From Eutreptiella sp. 'Long Island Sound 2002' (lineage: Eukaryota; Protista; Euglenida), in the NCBI GenBank assembly GCA_964036045.1, contig OZ038378.1:59892001-59956000 (forward strand): a stretch of DNA of 64,000 nt, read 5' to 3'. Positions 50,311 to 61,000 of this stretch are shown here, in pieces. Position 1 is the stretch's first letter. The number at the start of each line of letters is the position of its first letter. The notes below the pieces were generated by a model. The model was given only the letters and a program-made list of their open reading frames with translations, was not told where the DNA came from and made no database searches. The translations under genes were made by a program, and so were the position numbers.

Positions 50311-53164
50311 ATGTCAGATGCAACCCCTGCTGAGGGTGCTGGTGCAATGTCACCTCTACCAATGACACCGTCAACGAACGGGGGATTCCTAAGCCAGTCT
50401 CAGGATGTGACGGCATCACAGCCAGTTCCAGCGCCAGGTGGTAAAGGAGGCAAGAAAGACAGTGCACTGAAGATCAAGCTCGCGGACCACTGTGAAAAAA
50501 AGGAGGTGGAAATACCCTTGGAGAAACTGCGATGGGACGAGAAGATGCAGTTTGGGAAGATACGAAAGTGGTCTGAGGATGAGGTACTGAACAAGGTCAA
50601 GGACCTGAAGGAGCGCCCGCCGACTACCCTTTTCCGGATTGTAATATGGGGTGATGGAAGTATGCTGCCTTCTGTGCGCACAGTTTGCTGTTTCGTTACC
50701 AATAACTTTCGTCGGTGCTGGTGCCAGCATCGCTTGTCCAAAATCGCCGTTGACTTTGATCATTTGTGACCGGGTGCAATATCAGTTCGGATCTACTGGA
50801 TACTGTCTGGCCAGCACATAGTGGAGGCTGCTCGGCGCGTGAAACTGGAGCTAGAGAAGCGAAACTTGCCCCCTCCCCGATGGTGTTTCCATTTCTTGGC
50901 GACTGTTGTGCGGCCTGAGACCCCGTTGACCATTCGTGAGTCCCTGGCAGGAATCAGTCAAGCCAACTAGACAGCACGAGCACCAACTTTGTGTGAGAGA
51001 GTTCAGCGACTGGTGGTGGAATACGAAAGGGATACCGAGGGGAACTTGACTGCCAGAGAGCACCTGACGAATTTGTGGGTGAAAGGTGGATTCAGCGCTC
51101 AAGATGGCACACTGGTGTGTAACTGCCCGTCAGCACGTCCGTTTGTTTGTGGTTTCATCGCCCTGTCAACGTACTCCGCCATCTGTTGCCCGGTGTGAAT
51201 CCTGTGGTACCCCTTGTAGGCCAATATGATAAAGCAGTGGTCTCCTGTGGCTCTGTTGGTGAGTACTTGTGGACGTGAAGCAGCGTTTGCAGTGCAGATG
51301 CTGGAGGCCCGCGGTCATAGCATGACTGTGAATCAAATGCGTTGCTTCGAAGGACAGGTGCCCCCCGATATCCGGACAATCTGCAAGTTTATGGCTGACA
51401 CGGCCAATAGTGGAGCACAGCTCAAGAAGATGGGAAAGCGATTGAAACTGGATCGGTTATGGAGTTGGCATCTGTGTCATCCTGAGAACAATCTCATCCA
51501 TGAATCTCGCCGTATGTTTGCCCTCCCATAAGGATGCATCTGCGGTGGCTGTTCGATTGCAATTTGTTGTGAGAGGTGCTGGGGCCAGCACCCATCGTTC
51601 GGAAATGCCGTTTTGGTGCCTGCAAACACTGGGGTCTCAAAGTTTGTACTATGATTGCTAAGGTGGACTGGGTGAACGAGAAAAGTGTGAATCCCTCCTG
51701 GCAAGCCGAAGTGACTTGTATTTCAAGACATACACGTGGCGTTGGACAGAAGAGGACCCTTTTCCACCGTGGAAATACGTTGTCAGTGCGCCGATTTGGA
51801 AGGATGTCAGCTATGTTGGTCTGCGAGAATCTTTGTCGAAACCACTGGTGTTACCAGCCGTCCAGGCGAATCAGGTCAATTTCTTCACCGTCGACCTGCA
51901 CATGGGTGCCACTGAGGAGAATTCACAGGTCTGTGTGCTACCCCGGTTGCAAGGCGATTCACTGACGTCACTGCTTGGCCTTCACTCGGAACTTCACTTG
52001 GAACATGAATGTGTTGCAGTTGGAAGGGGACTCGGACGGAAAACTACTGGTGCTGCCAGCTGCAATTGGCTGGGCCATCCCAGCAGCAGTGGCTGGTATC
52101 TCTTTTACAATGGTGTACATTGAGCCCCCCCATGGTTTTACCCTGGGCATCCATGCATTGGTCAGTACAGTGCTGCAGCGTGGCGTTCTTGTTGTTGTTG
52201 CCGGTGAGCCTGGTGATTGTCGTGGCATTCTGGACAGTCTTCGTGAACAGCACCAAGATACGGGGTTCTGTGCTATTAAGCTGTCAGTGTACCACCTCAA
52301 CAAGAAGTCACCACAATTTACTATGGGGTGTACTGAAGTGAATCTTCTCTCGAAACATCCGCTGCCACAAAAGGTATCTAGACCACACTGCGACCCTGGT
52401 TGTTCGGACACACGCTCAAAAATCACAACAAAATGGTCGTTTCACCTCGTTGCAGTTGGGGCCAGCTCCTTTCATTGAAGAATTGCTTTTTTCCCCCCTT
52501 TAAGGTGCCTCGATACATTACTGTGACGGATTTCCCAAGTGGGGGGTACCTGCCCGTGGAGATTGTTGGTTACTTGCTGACACTGGCTGGTGAAATGGTG
52601 GTGTACCAAGAAATATGGCTGCTGCTATTGTCCTCCTCCCACGCATTGCCCGGGGCCCTCACAGTTCGATTTCATATTCCTGTCAATGTGGTGGTTGGTA
52701 TCCTTGGGGATACGGCAATTCAGGACTTTGTCACACATGCTGTTGCTCGATGCAAGGAAGCTGATGGCCTGCCGAATATTGACTGGACTGGGGTGACAAA
52801 TCAGATGCTCCATGGGGTACCCATTGATTGCAGGGGAAAATTCCGCAAGCTTGAGGACGTAGAACAGGGGGATGAGGATGAGGATGGAGAGGAAGTGGCC
52901 GAGCATGAAGCAGAGCCGTTGGCCCAAAAGCCGAAGCCCAAAAAAACCGGTGCCAAGCGGAAGCAGGATGAGGAGAGCAGTAGTTCGAAACGTGCAACTC
53001 CAATGAAGGCTACGAGCAATGGGGCACAGCAGTCTGCGACTGGCGGGGAGAAGTCCAACAGTGAAGGCGCCGCTGGTGATCCTGCTGACACTGTGAAGCC
53101 CAAACGACTTGGATTTACCAATTGGACTGCCCGGATCAACAGGGCTGCTGCAGCAAAGAAGTAA
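50311..53164 (+). CDS. Six-exon cargo gene: ParB/Srx-like domain plus degenerate beta-class amino-DNA-methyltransferase-like region; one in-frame TAG (50968-50970)
   Basis: Predicted exons 50311-50659, 50786-51114, 51220-51511, 51663-51928, 52020-52373 and 52505-53164. All five introns are GT-AG (126, 105, 151, 91, 131 bp), phases are consistent, and the total is 2250 nt. ParB-like: EIPLEKL..GKIRKWSEDEV..IYWILSGQHIVEAAR. MTase-like: FTMVYIEPPHG (cf. DPPY) and later YLPVEIVGYLLTLAGEMVV (cf. motif X-I region). Confidence 0.7.
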
Positions 53165-54249
53165 TCATGTTTCTTGATCCCATAAAGACTGGTCCAGTGC
53201 TTTGCACTACAGCGCTGTCAGTGTTCGTCTTGCACAGTCATGCACTTGTCCGTTGGTTTTGTTGTTACACAGCACTCACAATACCTGTTCTTGGTTTGCA
53301 CCTACTATTTCTTTGTTTTCCTCAGGAGGTGCTGGCACCAGCTACTCTTTGCCCAATTGCTTGTCTTCATTGCCATTTTTCCAGGTGTTGGTGCTGGCCC
53401 CAGCTGCTCAGCTGGATTTTCATGTAAACAGCCCTGTCTTTCAGGTACAACAATTTACAGGTGAATTTTGCATATACTTCGCAGCGGTGACTCCTATGTA
53501 TGGTTGTGTATGTGCATATGATACTACTAGTGTATTACAAAGCATACGATTCGAAGTTCCCAATGTGGAAATAGAGACACTGTGTCAGCGTGCTTGTTCG
53601 TGTCCACAGTTGAGGGGGGGTCCAGAACAGCGTGATTTTACAGCTTCCTGTTTACATGGTGCAATAAGCCCTACATGTGCTTTTCCTCCGATATCACACC
53701 TTCAATCCAGGAAATGGGAACTGGGTTCAATAGATGAAAATGAAAGAAACGTGTTTGAGACCCCCCAAAAAGGCCCTGTTTTTGTGCCTACAATAAGACA
53801 CCATCAAAATGAGCCCACAGACCCCCCCATCTGGTGCTGGCACCAGCACCAGACGAAGATGCTGGTTTGCCACCTATGCTTCCGTGAAGGTGGGCAGTTT
53901 GCGTGGCCTAAGTTAGGTAGCTTCTCCCCCGCCCCGGCTAGCGTACAACGGCCGGAGACGGGGCGTACTGGCTGCCCGGTGTCCTCCTTCCCGCCCCGGC
54001 TCGCGCAGCACGTCCACAGCCGGGGTGTGCATGTCCCGCGTCCGCGCAACCCGCGGCCCTAGCTCCAGCAACCCGGTTGCGGCCGGGGGGTGCTGGCTGT
54101 GAGCGCCTTCCCTTCTGCCCAACCGGCGCGGAACGGCGACCGCCAGGGCGGAGGTGTCCCTCATCATCCCCCCGCCCGCCCCGGCCGCCGCAGCCCAGTA
54201 GCGGCCCAGGCGCTAGCTTCCCGGACCGCTCCCACACCCATGGCAGGGA

Positions 54250-57200
54250 GAACGATTTCTCGGGAGCGTTAGGGGGCGGCCGGGGCACCCAGCATGGGAC
54301 TCTGCGCCACAGGCACCATGGCAGAATTCCGCGGCCTATCCCATGCGGAGCATAGGCTCCACCTGGACGCCCAACCACACCACTCGGGCCGCGTGGATCG
54401 CGTCTCCCTCGTGGAAGGAACCCTCTTGGCAGCTGTGGCCCACGGCAACCGAGGTTGTGGGCGCCCCCCTCACGGACGCAATCGCCCGCACGCTGGGCAT
54501 GCAGCTCTTCATCCTCACGGGCAAGGTTCCCAGTGCCGAGCGCGCGCCGCTTGCAGCCCGGGGCTCGAGGTCCTGTGGATGTTTGTGCCCGTCGTGGTGG
54601 ACTCGTACCTCCAAGAGGTCCTCTTGAGGGGCGGCGACCACGAGCTCCAATTCGCGGGGTCTGCCCTGGGCCACATCCGGTGGGGCACCTCGCAGCAGCG
54701 GTGCAGCGACAAGGTGAAGCGCCACGTCCTCAACCAGTCTATCTGCCCCGTAGGCCCCCCGACGGCCCTGCACTAGCTATGGACTGGATCGCCCTAACGG
54801 CCGCGCGGGCTGCCCGGGGTTCCTAGGAGCCGGTGTGGGCCGGAGTGCCAGATGCCAACGGATACCCCGCCGACTGCCCTGTCGCCTTGCCACACCTGGC
54901 GGCCCTGATCTTTGGCTCCTTGCGCCTGGTGAAGGCGGGCCCGACGCTCCCCGAGCCAGCCCAGCCGGTCGCGACCTCTGCGGCGCTCGCTAGCCCGGCG
55001 CCAACCCAACAGCCAGGGACGGTTGTGGGGCCCCCTCAGGCGCCGCAGGAGTCCCAGGCGACCGCGGCGGCCCCAGGCCCCCAAGCGGCGGTCCACCTAC
55101 CGCACGACCAAGGGCCGCCGTTGGGCCCCTCACCGGGGGGACCGCTGTTCGCCCCCATCCGTGATGCCACGGCTATCGCGGAAGGCATACGCCGCCTGCC
55201 CGACCCTCCATCTGCCGGGGGTCCACGCAGCCTGATCCCCGCACCGCCCCTCCCCGCGCTACCGATGCCGTGCCAGGAAGCGATATCCTCAGGGGCAGTG
55301 CCGGCGCCTGCGGCTCCTTACCACCAGCCGCCCTTGTCGCACTACTCTCCGGCACCACAATACTCTCTGCACCCCCAGCCGCCCCCCCCCATGTTTGCAT
55401 GGTTCCCCTGCGAGGGCCAGGCCGTGGTCCTCCGTGGCACGCAGCAGGCGGCCGAAGCGTCCAGGCTGATGGCCCGCTGCCGCCTGTCCACGGCCAAGGG
55501 TGACCCGTACCTCCGCATGGCCGCATTCTCATCCGCCCTCGGCATCACTTAGCCCTCCGCACCGCTCAAACGGGCGACCAAGTCGCTAACATGCTCATAG
55601 CCAACGCAGCGCTGGGGGCGGAGGGCCCGGCGCCGGCGGGAGCGCTAGCCGAATGGGTCGCGTACCTGGAGGCCGGCGATTTTCTCACCCTGGCGGACGA
55701 CACTCGCCGCCGGTGCGCCGAGCGGCCATGGCAATCCGTGGCGGCCGTCCCTGGCGCCACGTCCTTTGCCGCGGTGGCTGCCGCCATCACGTGCACGGCC
55801 GATGTCCCGCCACACATCCGCGCAGTCCTCATGCACACCACGGACCGGGGAAATTTTTGGACGGCCTTGGTAGGGGCGGTCGCGACCGCGGCCCGCCCGG
55901 AGGACCTCCAGGCGATCGAGATCGCGGTCAAGAACCAGGGGGACATGTCATCGCTGCCCCGCGGGGCAAGAGCCGCCACCCAGCACGTGCCGGGAGCCGT
56001 GGCGCCCCCTCCCTCAGCCATGCACCCAGCCTGGGCGCTGGAGGCCTCAGCACGGGTTCCGGGGGCGGCGTTCATGCCAGGGGCACACTAGCCGACGACC
56101 CCGCCACCCCAATACCCGCCCGGCCACTCGACCCACCAGGCGTCGTTCCCTATGCCCTGGCCGATGGCCCCGGCCCCGGCCCCTTGGCCCGCGCCGACTA
56201 GCCTCGCCCAAGCCCCGCAGCCAGCCCCTTCAGTGCAGCCGCCCCCGTGCCCCATCGCCGCCGCCCCCTGTAAGGCGGCATAGGCGGCTCCGCCCCTCCC
56301 CCCCCCCGAGGCACAGATGGCCTCACCCGCCTGCCCCCAACTGTCATCGAGGTACCCGGTCTCAACCCGGACACCATGACGACCGCTGCGGATAGCGACG
56401 CCCTGTGGGCCCACCTGGGGTCCACCAAGTGTGTCCCGCAACACTACCACCAGCGTGGGTGCGAGTACGTCCCCTCCTTCGAGGCAGTGTGGCGCGCATT
56501 CGCGGGGGACTAGACCCGCGCGGTGATGCCGGTGATGACGGTAGCAGTTTACGTGCCCGCGATGCTTCGGTAACACCGTGCCGATGGCTCCCTCTTCTCC
56601 CCACCGCCCAAGGAGGGCCAGCCCCCCAAGAAGAAAGCGAAAGTGCAGCCGCCGCCGCCGCAGCCCTCGACGGGGTGACAGCCGCCGGCCCTAGCGGCCA
56701 TGTCGCCTCCACCAACGGCTTTCCCACCGCTGCCAACCCTCCCGCCCTAGGGCTCCCCCTAGGCCTCGCCCTGGCCCCCGGCTCAGCAGCCCGCCCCACA
56801 CCCAACCATGCTCTTGACCGCGCCTGCGGTGTGCCCTCCCCAAGGGGCAGCGACTCAAGCGCCCGGGGTGCCGGAGGGGCGCGCGGAGGGGTGTTGACTA
56901 CCCCTAGGGGCTCCGCTGCCCGAGCCCGCTCCGCGCTCTGGTGGTGGACCTGCTACCCCACACCGCCCCTCTGCGCCGCTCTGGCAAGCATCATCAGCAA
57001 CCTCTTTCGGGACGTCTCCCCTGCACCCGCGGGTCCCCGACTGCATGGGGTGAGCCAGGCGTGGCTGGACCCCGTTTGCCTCCGTTGTGCCGCGTAGTAC
57101 CGGCGCCCGGCAGAAGCTAAGCTCGCGGGCCGCCCCGCTTGTGGCTCTCGAGAGGCTGTGCGCCTCCTTCTGGCAGGGGGCCAACGGTGCACGGGGTACA

Positions 57201-58020
57201 AAGTGTTTAGCGACCTCGCCATGTCCCGCCTACCAGCTGTCGGGGTCCTCGGCCTTACCCCCCCCGGCCTCGATACCCCGCTCGGCATCCTCCAACCTTG
57301 GGTGCAGGTGCTTGTCCGCTCCACACACAAGCTCAGTACCATCACCCCGTGTTTTTCCCTTGGTAGTCGCCTTCGTGGTCCTCTTTGCCTGGCGCCCGGC
57401 CGACTCGGTCCCGCTGCTCAATGGCCCAGCGGGATGGCGCTACGACGCCGGAGACCACAGCCGCTTAAGCCCCGGGGACGAATCCCCGGCCCTCCCGCAG
57501 CCCTCTTATGCCGTGGGACTTCAGTGTCCCAGCTGCGGGAAGCTCCGCGCGGCCGGGGTGACCAAGCCCCCCCCCCCCCCCCCAGCCCCGCAGCGGGGGC
57601 TATTGTGTTTATGCCTCAACTCCGCCACGCCCGTCACTGTGGAGATGGCGTCGCGGGCTGTCGCGGACCTCTGGGGTACGGCCAAGCCCGGGGCGGTCCC
57701 GGTGGGCCGACTGCAAGGCACTAGGTGCGAGCCGCTACCCCTAGATCCGGGCCCGCCGGAGGCGTATGCCTCGCACGCGCTTCGCCTGCCGCACGACCGC
57801 TTGGAGCACCTGCAGCGTAGCCCCCCTCGACGTGGGCAGGCTCCGCATCATCACGACCAATTGCGGCGGCCTGGGGTTGGACCCCCGGAAGCTCCCGCGC
57901 CTCATCGCGTACCTTGCTTGTGCAGAGCCGGGCGTCGCCCACCTACAGGAGGCAAGCCCGCACTTCGCCGCCGCGTGGCTGGCCGGCCTGCCGTACCGCG
58001 TGTGCGTGAGGCCCTTGCAG
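54250..58020 (+). mobile_element. Decayed non-LTR retrotransposon (LINE): fragmented ORF1 region plus start of ORF2, truncated by satellite
   Basis: GC-rich protein-like fragments at 54294-57800, including CPSCG, followed by an APE endonuclease N-terminus. Confidence 0.6.
57835..58020 (+). pseudogene. Apurinic-like (APE/EEP) endonuclease N-terminus of LINE ORF2
   Basis: RLRIITTNCGGLG..KLPRLIAYLACAEPGVAHLQEA matches the I.swNv.GL...LQE signature. Confidence 0.72.
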
Positions 58021-61000
58021 CGTTGGGTACCCCCAAGCCGGTGGGGAGTTTTTTTAGCCATACGGCCCACTTGCGGGCCGCTGGTGATTTTGTCCCCCAC
58101 CGTAAAGCGGTTGGGAAATGGCAGACGGAAGGCGTTACGTAGCCACCATGCCCCCTTGTGGGCCATGGGTGTATTTGTCACCTGCTTTGAAGTGTTTGGG
58201 TTGGCACTATGGTGGCGGTTATTTAGCCATCAGGCCCCCTTGTGGGCCACCTCTGAATTTGTCCCCCGCTTTGAAGCGTTCGCGACCCCCTAGAGGGTAC
58301 GGGTTACGTAGGCACCGGGGCTACCTATGGGCTAGTGCCGATTTTGTCCCACCTGTGAAGCGTTTGACACCCCCCATACGGCGGGGATTATGTAGCCACC
58401 GCGCCCACTTGTGCGCTACTTCTACTTTCGTGGCCCGCTGTGCAGCGTTGTGGACGCCACAAATTATGGGGCTTATGTAGCCACGTGTCGCACTTGCCGA
58501 CCACGGCTGATTTTTTTCCGTAGTTAAAAGTGTTTGAGACCTCCTCGATAGCTGGGGTGGCATAGCCACCGTGGCCAGCCGTGAGCCTGAGTTGATTTTG
58601 TTCCACCTCTGAAATGTTGGAAACTCCCCAAATCGCTCGGGTTACGTAGCCACCATGCTTGCTTTTGGGCCAATTTTGATCTTGTCCCCCGCTATAAAGC
58701 ATTGGGACGCAATAGATGGTATAGGTTATGTAGCCACCATGCCCACGTGTGATCAACCGCTGAATGTGCCCCCCGCTATGAAGCGTTGGGGACCCCCCAG
58801 GCGGTAGAGGTTGTGTAGTCAACAGGGCCAAGTTTGCGCCACTGCTCAATTTTTGTCAGCTCCGAAGCAGTGGCTATATAGCCGCTGGGCACACTTGTCG
58901 ACCACTTCTTCTTTTGTCCCCCGCTTTGAAGCATTGGGGACTCCCTAGACCACACGGTTTTTGTAGCCACTAGGCCACTTGTGGGCCACTTCCAATTTTC
59001 TTCCCCGTTTTGGAGCGTTGGGGACCCTATAGATGGCAAGGGTTATGTAGCCACTAGGCCCACTTGTGGGCCATTGCTATTCTTGTCCCACAATTTGACA
59101 CGTTCGGGAGCCCCAGGACGGCATGGGATTACGTAGACACCACGCGATTTTGTGGGCCATTGGTAAGTCTGTCGCTAGCTTTGAACCGTCGGGGACCCCC
59201 GAGATACCGAATGTTGCGTAGCCACCAGGCCCAGTTGTAGGCCACTTCTGATTTTGTCCCCCTCTGTGAGGCGTTGGAGACACCCTAGGCGGCATGGGTT
59301 ACTTCGCCACCACGCGCACTCGTGGCCCGCTGCTGCTTTCGTCCCCCGCCTTGATGCATTGGGGGCTGCCTAGACGGCTGGGGTTATGTAGGCACCATGC
59401 CCCCTTGTGGGCCACTAGTGGTTTGGTTGTTTGCTTTGAAGTGTTGCGGACTTTGCAAACGGGAAGAGTTCAATAGCACCCCACCCGCTTGTGGGCTTTT
59501 CCCGGTTTTGTCGGCCTCTTTCCAGCGCCACGGACTCCCAAGATGGCAAGGGTTATGTAGCCATTAGGCCCATTTGTGGGCCACTGCTGATTTTGTGCCC
59601 CGCTCTGAAAGCTTGGGGAGCTCCTAAATGGCCAGGGTTGCGTAGCCACTAGGCCCACTTGTGCGCAACTTGTGATGCGATCCCCCTTTGAGACGGTTTG
59701 GGGAGCCCCTAGACGGCAAGAGTTACGTCGGCACCACGCCCACTCATGGGCCACTACTGATTTAGGGACCCTACTCAAAAGCATTGGGGACACTATAGAC
59801 GGTAGGAAATATGTAGCTATGTAGAATATGTATTTCTCCCCCGCTCTAAAGCGTTCGGAGCGCCCTAGACGGTGGGGTTTTTGTAGCAACAAGGGCCAGC
59901 AGTGGGCCACATCTAATTTTGGGCCAGCTATCAAGCGTTGGGGAGCCGCATGATGGGTCAAGGCAGGGGACACAATAAGAAGTGCCCCCCAAGTAGGCTT
60001 GGTGGCTACACAACCCCTGCGATCTGGGGGGCCCCCAACGCTTCACAGCTAGAACAACACCAGCAGTAGCGCACAGGTAGCCCTAACGGCTACGTAACCG
60101 TTGCCCTAGGGGGTTCCCAATGCTTCGGAGCGGGGGACAAACTCAAAGGTGGCCCACAAGTGGGCCTGGTGGCTACATAAACCCTATCATTTGTGGGGTT
60201 CTGAATGCTTCGTAGAGGGGGAGAAAAACAGCGATGGCGCACAAGTGGGCGCGGCGGCAATGTAACCACTGCCATCTTAGGGGTTTCCAACACTTCACAG
60301 TGGGCGCTAAAGTCGAAAGTGTCCATCAAACGGGCAAAGTGGCGACGTAGCCCCATGCCGTTTAGGGGGGTGCCCAACGCTTTAGGGCGGAGGACAAAAT
60401 GAAAAGTGGCCAACATTGGGCCTCTATGCTACACAAGCCATGCCATCTAGGGGTCCCCGACGTTTCACAGAGGGGGACAAAATTAGCACTCGCCCACAAA
60501 TGACCACGGTGGCTACGTAACTCCCACTATCTAGGAGGTCCCAAAAACTTCAAGGGGGGGGGGGATTTAGAAGTGGCCAACAAGTGGGCCTAGTGGCTAC
60601 ATAACCCCTACCATCTATGCTGTCCCCAGGCCCACAAGTCGGTTTGGTGGCTGTGTAATGCCATGTGGTCCAGGGTTCCCCAACGCTCCAAATCAGGGTA
60701 CAACATTATAAGTGGCCCACTATTGTGCCACCTACATATGCAACCCCTGCCGTGCACAGGGGCCCCAACGCTTCACAGTGGGGGGACAGACTGAGCAGTG
60801 GCCCACAGGTGGGCATGATGCCTACATGACTCCCGCCCTCTTCCGGGTCCGCTATTGCCAAGCCCCCGCTGCCGCTTTGTAAGCCACAAATGGGGATACG
60901 TGCCCTGGAACCCTTTACCGAACTTGAAAACCGGTTTATCTTGGACGTCTTGCAGCACATCCAGGACGACCACCCGGTGTATGCCCACCGGTAGCAGGTG

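Larger units (their letters stand above)
47129..53850. promoter_or_regulatory. Dispersed palindromic sites GCTGG-NN-CCAGC (~12 copies), candidate protein-binding sites
   Basis: 12-bp cores, some with 1 mismatch, start at 47132, 47293, 47354, 47414, 47474, 49900, 50717, 51578, 52455, 53331, 53393 and 53836. All are outside predicted exons. Function is inferred. Confidence 0.6.
46932..53912 (+). mobile_element. Full-length Academ-like DNA transposon (6981 bp) carrying a transposase and a ParB-MTase-like cargo gene
   Basis: Perfect 24-bp TIRs CTTAGGCCACGCAAACTGCCCACC (46932-46955; reverse complement at 53889-53912). 5-bp TSD TTAGG (46927-46931, 53913-53917). Removing the element restores a unit matching its neighbour at ~46725-46770 (CTGCTGCTAGGTAGCTTCTCCCC). 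Confidence 0.93.
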
